64,000 nt of DNA, from assembly GCA_964567555.1 (NCBI GenBank), contig CAZMNA010000002.1, positions 5,795 to 69,794 of the forward strand, written 5' to 3'. This document shows positions 24,046 to 33,231 of the stretch, one piece after another (position 1 is the stretch's first letter; each line of letters begins with the position of its first letter). The notes under the pieces are model-generated. The model worked only from the letters and a program-made list of their open reading frames with translations, had not been told where the DNA came from and ran no database searches. The stretch is from an uncultured Candidatus Saccharibacteria bacterium. Lineage in GTDB: Bacteria; Patescibacteriota; Saccharimonadia; Saccharimonadales; UBA10212. The position numbers and the translations under genes are program-made.

Positions 24046-26841
24046 TTAAAACACCGGAGGCAGGTTATAAAGGCCATTTAGCTTAGAGTTAGGCCAACTG
24101 AAGTTTGGTGTCCCCAGCACCATGCTCGGCACGTAATTAAAGATTTCGGCTGGGTCTGAGCCAACTCGGAAGCCTTTGCTGGTGTAGCCGGGGTCTTGCG
24201 GCCCAACCGTGCCATGGCCGCGCAAAAGATCATATTTTTGGGCGATGACTTCCCCGTTGACCGTCAACTGACGGGCACAGGAGGTACCATGTTCGTTGTT
24301 ATCGCAGGTAGCAAAAATACCTTTGTTGCCGCCACTATCCGGCTGGGCAATATATAGTCCGTCCAGATTCTTGACATTGCCAGAAAGCGTAATATTGCCT
24401 TTGGCAACTATCGCCAAAAATGGAATGTTAGACGGGTCGGTTGGGTTAAAGCTGCCAACATAGGTAATATCATTTTTTATAGTTACATCGCCATCGACAA
24501 ATATGGTTACCTGCTTCTTAAAATTTGAGGTAGCGTAGTTAATGTTTAGGGGACCGGTAGCGGTATACCGGCCGCTAGATAAGGTATTGATGTGTCGGTT
24601 GTTTAGCGGGGTAGTTGCGCCTTTGTAATTATCGTAAAAGTCCGGCACGCAGTGGGCCTGGGAGTTGGAGTTTAGGTAGCCGCCCAGCGGCGCAGTAGCG
24701 CCGCCGGTAGCCTTATCGGCAAAAAGTATGCCGCTTCCGCTTGCGCTATAAAAGCCGTAATGATCCGTTAGGTTACCGTATATTACGCCCAGCGCATCTA
24801 CGGCGTAGTCACCGTGCGAGCCCGCACCACTGGTAGCGTAAGCCTTAATGCCGCCTAGTGACGTGTCAGCATCGCTAGGATATGGAGTGGTTTGGGTGCA
24901 GTTGCCGTTAGTGTCATAAAAGCCGCCGCCGGTAAAGAAATCGCCCATATGATAGACAAAGTACGGCCGGGTGCTTGGCGTGGCGCTCCCCCCGGGGCAT
25001 GGAGTTACGCCGCTAGTAGGGTCAGTTACCTTCGCGCTAAATGTGCCCGTATATGCCAAGTATCCACTAAAGGGGACTGTTGTATCATATGGGGCTCCAG
25101 GGCTGAGATTGGTAACCGTTTGCGTGGTTGGGCCAGTTACATAGGCTCCCGGGTGAACGGTTAGCACAACCTTATAGTCGCCGCCATCGCCACTGCCGCT
25201 GGCTGTAATCGCAACTTTATATAACGTCGAGTCGCTTTGCCCGGGCTCCACATCATCACTCTCGGTAACGTTACAATTAACGGTAATGGTTGGGGTAGAG
25301 CCTGTACCGCAATTCCCACTGTCCCAGTTCACCTCCTGGGCGTCGCTGCCGGTATCATCATAAAGAACAAAACTTACAGCCTCATTCGCAGGTTTGACAA
25401 AGTAACCTGTGTTGTGTGGGAAGGGTGGGCTGGGTTCCTTCGTCTTCGTAGAAATTCTGCTTTCTTTAGGCTGGAAATTTAGGCTAAATCCACCGCTCGG
25501 CCAGTTTTGTTTTACCTTTTGTACTATGACTGGTTTACCTTTATATCTCTCCCTAACCTGGAAACCTCTGCCCCACTTATAGTTTGCTGTGTTGGTTACC
25601 GTAACTTGTACCTGGGTACCGGTGGTATCGCCCTCTACCGGCGTTGCCTTGCAGGTAAAGCTTGTGCACGTATACGATTGTCTGGCCGAAAATTCATCAA
25701 ATGGCACATACATTTGTATGGTGTTTATCTGGTTTACGTCATAAAATGCCAGGCGGTATCGGCGGGTGGTATGGGCCGTAAAGTCAATCTCATCGTACTG
25801 CCCACTGCCTGATTGAAATCCATTAGGATTGGTATTCTTGTCATATACCCCACTTAAAGTATTCTGAACGTGCCAGTTAAAGCCCGGGTCAGACCGCACG
25901 TCATAGCTAAGCGTCGCCTTTAAATTTGGCTGAGAGTACTCGGTCTTGTCCATGTCATACAAAAGAAGACTGGTTTTATCGTTATCATCTGCCTTGCCGG
26001 CTAAAATAGTGCAGTCCGGTGCAAATTGGAATGACCAGTCAAAGTTATTGGCGGTTGGGGGCCCTAGTTTTAGTTTAGGGTCTAGCTGGCGGCCGTAAAC
26101 ACCGGTATACGAAGTGGGGGACCCTACATTGCATTTGTTTTCGCCGTATCTGATCCCTAGCTTACAGCCCGTTCCCGGTACCGGTTCGGCCAGCCCAATG
26201 TACGAGCCCGGTTTAGCTCCCCCGCCGGTATATGAGCCGGTGGCAACCTTAATACGGAAAAGTTGTTCGGTAGGCGTGCAATCCGGTTTGCCTTTGGTAT
26301 TATCCGGGTGTCCGCAGGTTGTATCATTCAAAAGATGGGCTTGAACGGCAAATGTCCGCCAGCCTTCGTCATTGGCGCCTTGAGTGACAATCACGCCACT
26401 TCTGTGCGTGTTTATTGTTACTGTCCTTAGGTCTTTACTGCCGCTATCCGAACAACTGCTACTAGTTGAGGAACCGATTAGCGTAAAATCTCCGTTCTTT
26501 CCTCCGTTTTTGTCAATGTAGTAGACTGTGTACTTAACCTTCGGGTCGCCGAGGTTAGTTCCACACGGTGCTAATTCTACCGTGAAGTTTATGGTTGTCG
26601 CGTTAGCCGGCGCATAAGCCTTAACATAAGCGTAGGGCCCATAATAAGCGCCCATTCCCACCGCCAAGTACGGCGTAAATTGTGTGGTGTGATTGGCATC
26701 AGGCGTATAGGCATCGCCGGTTTGGGACAGCGGCGCTTGGCCGCCAATGGTAGTATTGCTTAAAGCACTTATCTTATGAGCAGGCCAAAACACCAGCCCG
26801 GCTGCAACCGCCGCGGCTAGCCACATTTTTTTGCCCATCAT
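24046..26841 (-). CDS. large secreted Thr/Gly/Asn-rich protein (931 aa), function unknown
   Basis: Signal-peptide-like N-terminus MMGKKMWLAAAVAAGLVFWPAHKISA. Two stem-loops with T-runs downstream (about 23975..24040). Confidence 0.6.
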   Translation of the reverse strand: MMGKKMWLAAAVAAGLVFWPAHKISALSNTTIGGQAPLSQTGDAYTPDANHTTQFTPYLAVGMGAYYGPYAYVKAYAPANATTINFTVELAPCGTNLGDPKVKYTVYYIDKNGGKNGDFTLIGSSTSSSCSDSGSKDLRTVTINTHRSGVIVTQGANDEGWRTFAVQAHLLNDTTCGHPDNTKGKPDCTPTEQLFRIKVATGSYTGGGAKPGSYIGLAEPVPGTGCKLGIRYGENKCNVGSPTSYTGVYGRQLDPKLKLGPPTANNFDWSFQFAPDCTILAGKADDNDKTSLLLYDMDKTEYSQPNLKATLSYDVRSDPGFNWHVQNTLSGVYDKNTNPNGFQSGSGQYDEIDFTAHTTRRYRLAFYDVNQINTIQMYVPFDEFSARQSYTCTSFTCKATPVEGDTTGTQVQVTVTNTANYKWGRGFQVRERYKGKPVIVQKVKQNWPSGGFSLNFQPKESRISTKTKEPSPPFPHNTGYFVKPANEAVSFVLYDDTGSDAQEVNWDSGNCGTGSTPTITVNCNVTESDDVEPGQSDSTLYKVAITASGSGDGGDYKVVLTVHPGAYVTGPTTQTVTNLSPGAPYDTTVPFSGYLAYTGTFSAKVTDPTSGVTPCPGGSATPSTRPYFVYHMGDFFTGGGFYDTNGNCTQTTPYPSDADTSLGGIKAYATSGAGSHGDYAVDALGVIYGNLTDHYGFYSASGSGILFADKATGGATAPLGGYLNSNSQAHCVPDFYDNYKGATTPLNNRHINTLSSGRYTATGPLNINYATSNFKKQVTIFVDGDVTIKNDITYVGSFNPTDPSNIPFLAIVAKGNITLSGNVKNLDGLYIAQPDSGGNKGIFATCDNNEHGTSCARQLTVNGEVIAQKYDLLRGHGTVGPQDPGYTSKGFRVGSDPAEIFNYVPSMVLGTPNFSWPNSKLNGLYNLPPVF

Positions 26842-27365
26842 AGCTTATCCATTTGCTGTTTGATGTCTTGGGCGCCGGCACTATCTCCCTGTGCCTGAAG
26901 CAGGTCAATTAATTTCTGGTCGTAAAATTTTTCTTTGCTTTTATTATTTAGCGCTCTTTGCACGCCAACCATTGTGGCGTAAGATTCGTAGTTTATTTTG
27001 CCGGCCGGTACCTTAGCAAAAACCTCGTTCATATAGCTTAAGGCATCCTTTGGGTCATTATTATTCAAATAGTTCTGGGCTATTGAACTTTGCCCGTTCT
27101 GGTAATTTGCGTAGTCGCCGTTTTTTAAATAGTCTTGAGAGTATTTACTGGCGTTGTCCGCATCTTGTTTTAAAAAGCTGGCTACACTAGTTGGCTGGCT
27201 TTTGTGGTAGTGCCGCCACACTAGCCTGCCAGACGCTATAACTAAAACAATCACAGCCACCAAGGCAACCCACCGCAGTGGCTCGCGTAGCCTGCCCGAC
27301 CCGTATTTATTATTAACAGCCGATTGGTCAATTACCCTTTTATCTGGCCGCCTAACCCACTTCAT
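26838..27365 (-). CDS. single-pass membrane protein (175 aa), helical repeat-like ectodomain
   Basis: 4-nt overlap with the 931-aa gene; TM helix WVALVAVIVLVIASG. Confidence 0.5.
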   Translation of the reverse strand: MKWVRRPDKRVIDQSAVNNKYGSGRLREPLRWVALVAVIVLVIASGRLVWRHYHKSQPTSVASFLKQDADNASKYSQDYLKNGDYANYQNGQSSIAQNYLNNNDPKDALSYMNEVFAKVPAGKINYESYATMVGVQRALNNKSKEKFYDQKLIDLLQAQGDSAGAQDIKQQMDKL

Positions 27366-27457
27366 ACTTAAGCATTATAGTTTTGGCCAGCCGGCTTAGC
27401 AAATTTATCAAGATTTTTACCCCGCACCGCTAACTAGCGGTGCGCGGTTTGAACCCA

Positions 27458-27925
27458 CTAACCGTTGTAGATCCGCTGCGTCCAGATTTTGACCAAAGCC
27501 CGGTAGCCCGGCGAGCTGAAGATGAACTTTTGCTTCACTGGGTGATGGTTTGGCAGGCCGGCGGCATAGGTAAAGGCCACTCTCACATTGACAATGGCGC
27601 ACGAACAGACCTTCTTGAACTTGCAGACGAAGCCGCCGTGAGTCGCGGCGCAGTGCCGGTTGCTGGCCTTGACGGCCGTGACGCCCGCCGGCTTGACGTA
27701 GCGGAGCGTTACTGGCATGGTCTTGCCGACAGCGAAGCCGACGCTGTACTTGTCCGTTTCTCCGGCTGAGGGGTTGTAGTTCGGATCCAATCCGAAGCCG
27801 TCCACCGGAACCTTTCTGGCCAATCCTAGCGCCTCGGCCGAGGCACTGGCGCCAGTGAAGACAGTGCCAAACGTAAGCACCAGCGGCACGATGGCCGCCA
27901 GGAAAAGTTTGTAATGTCTACTCAT
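27458..27925 (-). CDS. GC-rich small secreted Cys-containing protein (155 aa), unknown function
   Basis: Signal peptide ...FTGASASAEA. GGAAGGGG SD upstream. Hairpin CGCACCGC-taacta-GCGGTGCG lies just after the stop. Confidence 0.55.
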   Translation of the reverse strand: MSRHYKLFLAAIVPLVLTFGTVFTGASASAEALGLARKVPVDGFGLDPNYNPSAGETDKYSVGFAVGKTMPVTLRYVKPAGVTAVKASNRHCAATHGGFVCKFKKVCSCAIVNVRVAFTYAAGLPNHHPVKQKFIFSSPGYRALVKIWTQRIYNG

Positions 27926-28295
27926 GCGACCCCTTCCTTGGTTATAGTTATAAGTCCAAAAACGTGCCGGAGACCGCGAGTCTCTACCTTTTTGAAGCGG
28001 AGAATACTCCGAATCTCTCGCTATTCTATTAATACCACTTCTTTGGCCATAAAAAAATTGCTCATGTTTATTGACACCTTAATAAAATCTTTAAGCTTGT
28101 TGTCAAAATTGTTGCTTGCCCCGTACTAAACCTGAGGCAATAATCTGCAATCCCATATCTTTTCAGCTCTTTTCGCAATCTGGTTGCAGACTGCTCAAAA
28201 TATGGAAAAGCAACGGGACAGGTCAGATTATGGCGCACCGGGAAATGGCGCGGGGTGCTTTTAGTTTTTGATTAAAAAAATGTTTTCTTTTGCGC

Positions 28296-29963
28296 TTATT
28301 TTTTGTGTATTTTGGCCAGCAATCTGTCAAGGTGGCCTCTGTAAATAATGCCGCCAATCGCCAAGACGTGGTCCCCGGCGTAGCAAAATACAGTTCTGCT
28401 TTGTCTTCCAAGCTCGGTTTTAAGACTCAAGCCCGGGGTCTCGGTAGGTTTAAGCTCATAAGTGATGAGTTCTTTGGGTTCACCGTCCACTAGAAGTTTC
28501 ACTCTTTTATGCTTTTTGGCTGGCTTGGCGCCAGCTATACGCCCATTTACGTAGGTTGGCGAACTCATGTACTCCAGGATTTTGTTTACGTCTTCTTCCA
28601 AGCCCGGGGTATTTTTGTGAGTTTCCAAAAATTCATTGACCATCTTTTTAAACTTATCTGAGCCCTGGGAGTGAAAATCACCGTTGGTATCAAAGTGAAC
28701 TAGCGTGAAGCTGGGCGCGCTCTCTAGCTCCGGGCTACCAGCAGGCGTTTCATCTTCCTCGCTTTGTTTTACTCTGCCTAATCTTCGGCGCTTGACTTCA
28801 CTAGTATCAGTCCCGCCGTTGTTAGCTTGTTCTATCGCCCTAGTGCCAATGTGTTTAAACAAACTGGGATTACGGCGGGCTACGTATTCTATGATTTTAT
28901 CCAGTATGTTTGATAAAGCAGCCTCGTAGTCAAAGTCTTCGCGCCTGATAGCATTGCCCGCCAAATCCCAAACGGCTCTTTTTATATGGTTAAGCTGGTA
29001 TTGCAAATCCTCTTTCCCCTTTACTACGGGCCTAGTGTATTCGCGGGGCCATATATGTATAGAATCCGCCAAACGTTCAAGCCCTTCAGTGTCAAGGGTT
29101 ACTCCGGAAGCCAACTCCACCAGCCCCACCAGAGCTGTCATGCCAACCAATTTTTCTTCAGGTAATCCCGAGCCCGCCTTAGAAGCTTCCCAGCCCAGCA
29201 GATCACGGGCAATAAAACGATCGTATACACCTTTATCTAAGTGCTCGCCAAGCAATTTGGTCACTTTTGAGCCTGTGGGCGTGTCTGCTGTGTGCACCAA
29301 AAGGTTAAGCCACTGAAGGGCTTGAAGATCATGCGCCCTTTGCAGATCCAGATGAGCATCTTCATGAAGCTGCTCGGACTCCACCGTCAAAAGCAGCTTC
29401 AAAAATTCATATTCTGCGGCGGGGTTGCCTTCAATTTGCCCAAATACTTCATCTTGGACTGAGTCTTTATGCTCATTTACCCCCCAAATGAATTCGTGGA
29501 TGGCGGCACTGAGGTTCGGCAGGCCATTTATAAACTTTCTGCCAGCAGGTGTGGTTATATATGCGGGGTTGGCGGCCGTAGCTTCCAGTATCTCGCGGGT
29601 TTTTTGCTGCCGCTCATCAGTCGATACGTAGTCCAAGACCATGTGTCCGAGATAAATTCCCGCGGCGGCCACTAACGAATTAAGATCGTTCTTATAGCTT
29701 TCAGGGATGCTACGCCGCTCTGCTCGTGAAACAGAAGGCTCTAACTCTCTCATCACTTCGTTTATCTCGTTTCTCAGCCGGCTGGACGTTCCGTCTGAAA
29801 ATAATTCCTGAATCAGTAAGACTTTCATATCAACGCCAACTACGTCTTCTAACTGGGGGAAACGCTCAAAAAGCTGAGCATGGTCAAACTCCACCAAAAA
29901 AGGAGTAAGGCTTTCAGTGAGTTGTTCAGGACTCTCACCCACAGGGGCTTGCGACATGCACAT
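28296..29963 (-). CDS. hypothetical 555-aa protein; C-terminal approx. 100 aa reminiscent of the RelE/ParE fold
   Basis: Long uninterrupted ORF. C-terminal pattern LKTELGRQSRTVFCYAGDHVLAIGGIIYRGH. Confidence 0.5.
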   Translation of the reverse strand: MCMSQAPVGESPEQLTESLTPFLVEFDHAQLFERFPQLEDVVGVDMKVLLIQELFSDGTSSRLRNEINEVMRELEPSVSRAERRSIPESYKNDLNSLVAAAGIYLGHMVLDYVSTDERQQKTREILEATAANPAYITTPAGRKFINGLPNLSAAIHEFIWGVNEHKDSVQDEVFGQIEGNPAAEYEFLKLLLTVESEQLHEDAHLDLQRAHDLQALQWLNLLVHTADTPTGSKVTKLLGEHLDKGVYDRFIARDLLGWEASKAGSGLPEEKLVGMTALVGLVELASGVTLDTEGLERLADSIHIWPREYTRPVVKGKEDLQYQLNHIKRAVWDLAGNAIRREDFDYEAALSNILDKIIEYVARRNPSLFKHIGTRAIEQANNGGTDTSEVKRRRLGRVKQSEEDETPAGSPELESAPSFTLVHFDTNGDFHSQGSDKFKKMVNEFLETHKNTPGLEEDVNKILEYMSSPTYVNGRIAGAKPAKKHKRVKLLVDGEPKELITYELKPTETPGLSLKTELGRQSRTVFCYAGDHVLAIGGIIYRGHLDRLLAKIHKK

Positions 29964-30011
29964 GTTTTATCATTTACCGTCCGCTTAGTCAAATCCGGTA
30001 GAATAGTAAGA

Positions 30012-31082
30012 GTGGCTTTATCTATAGGAATCGTAGGCTTGCCCAATGTGGGCAAGAGCACCCTATTCAACGCATTAACCGATGCCGAGGTTCTGGCGGC
30101 TAACTACCCTTTTGCCACGATTGAGCCCAATACTGGCATCGTACCAGTGCCCGACGAGCGCATAAAAAAACTGGCGGCAATATATAAGACAGACAAGATC
30201 GTGCCAGCCACTGTCCAATTTGTCGATATCGCAGGTTTGGTGGCTGGTGCTAGTGCTGGCGAGGGTTTGGGTAACCAATTTTTGTCCCACATCCGGGCCT
30301 GCAATGCCATTTGCCAAGTTGTGCGGGCATTTGACGATCCAAATGTTCAGCAAGCCGGCTCGGCCGACCCACGAAAAGACGTGGAAATTATTAATACCGA
30401 ACTAGCTTTGGCAGACCTACAAACACTTGGTAAGCGCCTGTCGCGCCTAGAAAAAGAAGCTAAAGCCGACCCAAAACTGCGCCCGGCTTTGGAAACTTAC
30501 CAAAAAGCCAAAACCTTGCTGGAATCTGGCTCATCACTGTTAAATAGCGGCCTGAACGTGGAAATTCTGGCCGATTTGCACTTGCTATCAGCCAAGCCGA
30601 CAATTTTTGTGTTCAACGTTGATGAGCAAGCTCTACAAAACGATGAGCGCATGCAAGAATTGTCCAAAATCGTTGCTCCGGCCATCAGCGTTTTTATTTG
30701 CGCCAAGCTGGAAAGTGAACTCAGGGGCTTGGATGAAGCCGACAGGCACGAGCTTTTAAACAGCTACGGCCAGCGCGCGAGCGGGCTTGTCCAGCTTATC
30801 TATGCCGCCTATAAAACATTGGGGCTGCAAAGCTTTTTGACTGCCGGTGAAAAGGAAGTGCGCGCCTGGACGGTTCCGGTTGGCGCCGCTGCGCCTATAG
30901 CCGCTGGTACCATCCATAGTGATATGGAACGTGGTTTTATTGCCGCCCAGGTGGTTAATTACGGCGACTTGGTAGCCGCAAGTTCCCTTGCCGCGGCCCG
31001 GGCCGCCGGCAAAGTGCGACTAGAGGGCAAAGACTACCTTATGCAAGAAGGCGACGTGGTGGAATTCAAATTCAACGTTTAA
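30012..31082 (+). CDS. ychF: ribosome-binding ATPase YchF
   Basis: ALSIGIVGLPNVGKSTLFNALT at the N-terminus and a TGS-like C-terminus. GTG 30012 is preceded by TAGAAT-N7. The track ORF start at 29880 is an artefact. Confidence 0.9.
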   Translation: MALSIGIVGLPNVGKSTLFNALTDAEVLAANYPFATIEPNTGIVPVPDERIKKLAAIYKTDKIVPATVQFVDIAGLVAGASAGEGLGNQFLSHIRACNAICQVVRAFDDPNVQQAGSADPRKDVEIINTELALADLQTLGKRLSRLEKEAKADPKLRPALETYQKAKTLLESGSSLLNSGLNVEILADLHLLSAKPTIFVFNVDEQALQNDERMQELSKIVAPAISVFICAKLESELRGLDEADRHELLNSYGQRASGLVQLIYAAYKTLGLQSFLTAGEKEVRAWTVPVGAAAPIAAGTIHSDMERGFIAAQVVNYGDLVAASSLAAARAAGKVRLEGKDYLMQEGDVVEFKFNV

Positions 31083-31102
31083 TTTACTTTAGAAAAGTAG
31101 GC

Positions 31103-31296
31103 AAATTCTTCACGCTTTGGACGGCAAAGCGTAGCAAACCGCCGGGCTGCGTTCAAACTGGAGCGTTCTTTACTTGCTAAAAAGCGGGCCAAGCCGAACT
31201 CCCTGACAGTCAGACATGTGTTTGGCCGCGTTTTTCCAGCTTCGCTTGAACTTCTGTTTGAGCCGATGCCCGGACCCAATTTTTCAGGCTCGAGCA
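31103..31296 (+). repeat. structured repeat family, diverged copy A
   Basis: Aligns along its length with 56515..56700 and 58356..58532, sharing blocks GCAAACCGCCGGGCTGCGTT, AGCGGGCCAAGCCGAAC and CCAGCTTCGCTYGAACTTCTGTTTGAGCCGATGC. Confidence 0.7.
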
Positions 31297-31472
31297 AACG
31301 GAAGGGAGCGAGGAGTGAGCCAAAAGCCCAGAACCGAGGACTGTTTGACCTAGCACCTACCTCTGGTAGGTGCTAGGGAGTCCCGCAGGTTCACTTTTGG
31401 CAAGCGAATAAGCGACCGTCTTTGTTTGCGAATGCCTGAGAGTTTTGGCGCCACCTTTTCGGTAAAAGGTGG

Positions 31473-32426
31473 TTAGTTTGAGTCCATGAAAGCCTGGGTT
31501 TGAGCGGTCATCTCCGCAATTTTGGCAAAGCTCGCTCCGCTGGTAAAAATAGACAGGATATACGTTTTGTTACCAGACGAAACTATACCTACGTCATGGC
31601 GGACATTGCCCAGATCGCCAATTTTATCTGATACATCGCACTGCGGGCAGCCAGCCGGTATGCCGCTGCGGTATATCTGCTGGCTCAGTGCGTCCAAGAT
31701 AAACTGCCGGCTGTCGCTATCAAAAAGATTACCGCTATAAAGCTGGCTTAAGTATTTAGTAGTGTCGGCGGCTGTAGTTACCGGACCGCTGGCTCTATTT
31801 AGAACCGTGCTGGTGAGACCGATAGATTTTAACTGCGTATCAGCCCAGGCCCAACCAACGTAGTCACCCACCGCCAAACCGCAAGCATTATCAGACACTT
31901 TTAGCATGGCGCTCACGCAGTCTTGCACGCTGAGCGTGCGGCTGCCAACCTTAAGCTTGGTGGTAGCCCACTGCGCATAGGGCAATTTTTGGCTAAGTGG
32001 ATACAGAAGTAAAAGTTTATAAATGCTGGCCGAGTTATATACTTGGCCGGCGTTGTAATTGGCTGTCACAAGATCCGTGCCCAAGCCCTGCACACTGACG
32101 GACCACATAACCTGCGGGTGAGACTGCGCAAAGCTAGCAATGATGCCATCCAGGCGGCTGCTTTCGCCAACTACCGGCTGAGTAGTTTGCAAGGTTGGCT
32201 TGAGCTGGAGCGGGCTGGCTACGGTCGTTTGCAGCGACTGGACGCTGGCTTTACTGCTGGTGTGGGCCGATACCTCAGCCTGGAAAATGGCTAGGTTGGC
32301 TGATAGTAAACTGGCCACCAAGACCAGGCCCACATAAATACCGGGTCTTATGCCACGTTTTTTGGCAAGACCTACTCTATACTCATAAGCCAGCTGACGC
32401 TGGCGTCTATAAAATAAGCGCTTCAT
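31473..32426 (-). CDS. membrane-anchored class A beta-lactamase-like / serine hydrolase
   Basis: SxxK (SIYK), SDN (KVSDNAC) and a KTG-like triad (DKIGDLG); N-terminal TM anchor. Confidence 0.7.
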   Translation of the reverse strand: MKRLFYRRQRQLAYEYRVGLAKKRGIRPGIYVGLVLVASLLSANLAIFQAEVSAHTSSKASVQSLQTTVASPLQLKPTLQTTQPVVGESSRLDGIIASFAQSHPQVMWSVSVQGLGTDLVTANYNAGQVYNSASIYKLLLLYPLSQKLPYAQWATTKLKVGSRTLSVQDCVSAMLKVSDNACGLAVGDYVGWAWADTQLKSIGLTSTVLNRASGPVTTAADTTKYLSQLYSGNLFDSDSRQFILDALSQQIYRSGIPAGCPQCDVSDKIGDLGNVRHDVGIVSSGNKTYILSIFTSGASFAKIAEMTAQTQAFMDSN

Positions 32427-32508
32427 TTTAGTTTTTTAAAGCTTTTTGTTTCCCCGAAACCTATTTATAAGAATAAACCACTTAAGCTTAGGCTGGCAAG
32501 GTTAAAAA

Positions 32509-33231
32509 TTATTTTTTTACTGCAATAGGCCGCAAATTATAGAACCGCTCCAGGTTTCCTTTGGCCCCGGATACGTCTGAATCTGCTTTGTCCGTGATGA
32601 CAAACATGCTTTTAGCCCAGTCTTCAAAATCTTTTAGAATCATCCGGCGAAGGCGGTCATTTTTGACCACGCCTTTATGCAAATTTGGTGCACTAGATTC
32701 AAATTGCGGCTTTACCATCGCCACAATCTGCGTACCTGCCCCGCTCATGACCGCTACCGCTGGCAAGATTTCGCGCAGTGAAATAAAACTGACGTCAATA
32801 ACGACAATATCTGGCGTAGCAGCTGGCTTAAAGCTGCGAATATCGGTTTGTTCATGCAGCTCCAGCCGTGAATCATCGCGCAGGCTAGGGTGCATTTGGT
32901 CCGTACCGACATCTACCGCTATAACCTTGGCGGCGCCATGTTTCAGGGCATAATCACTAAAACCGCCAGTGCTGGAACCAACGTCTAGCACCACTTTGTC
33001 TTTGAAGTTAAGCCCTAGTTTGCCGGCCACGCTGGCTAGTTTCAACCCTGCCCGGCTGACATATATTTCGCCGGCTTCAATTTTTATTTTGTCATTAGGC
33101 TCTACCCGCTGGCCTGGTTTAGTGACAACCTGCCCGTTTAGTTTAATCTTGCCAAGCTTAATATAACTCTCCGCCTGGCTACGGCTAGCGACCAATCCCC
33201 GGCCAAAAACGGCTTGGTCTAAACGCATCAT
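32509..33231 (-). CDS. tlyA: TlyA family rRNA (cytidine-2'-O)-methyltransferase
   Basis: N-terminal S4 domain plus FtsJ-type VLDVGSSTGGFSDYAL. Confidence 0.85.
   Translation of the reverse strand: MMRLDQAVFGRGLVASRSQAESYIKLGKIKLNGQVVTKPGQRVEPNDKIKIEAGEIYVSRAGLKLASVAGKLGLNFKDKVVLDVGSSTGGFSDYALKHGAAKVIAVDVGTDQMHPSLRDDSRLELHEQTDIRSFKPAATPDIVVIDVSFISLREILPAVAVMSGAGTQIVAMVKPQFESSAPNLHKGVVKNDRLRRMILKDFEDWAKSMFVITDKADSDVSGAKGNLERFYNLRPIAVKK

Noticed and set aside
28170-28245. 20-codon ORF (MEKQRDRSDYGAPGNGAGCF) and hairpin GCACC...GGTGC-TTTT in the AT-rich spacer upstream of the GC-rich islet.
   Set aside because: There is no SD or -10 box in a convincing position, so it is too short and unsupported to call.
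29880-30011. 44-codon N-terminal extension of ychF overlapping the 555-aa gene.
   Set aside because: The YchF G1 motif starts 6 residues after GTG 30012, which is preceded by TAGAAT-N7. The extension overlaps the divergent gene.
31133-31277. RNase P RNA-like strings in the repeat family: GCAAACCGCCG (as in E. coli M1 RNA) and, on the opposite strand, GTCCGGGC (P4-like).
   Set aside because: The two strings are on opposite strands and in the wrong order. The universal GGAAAGUCC is not present. The element occurs three times. Short matches of this length are expected by chance against a 377-nt reference.
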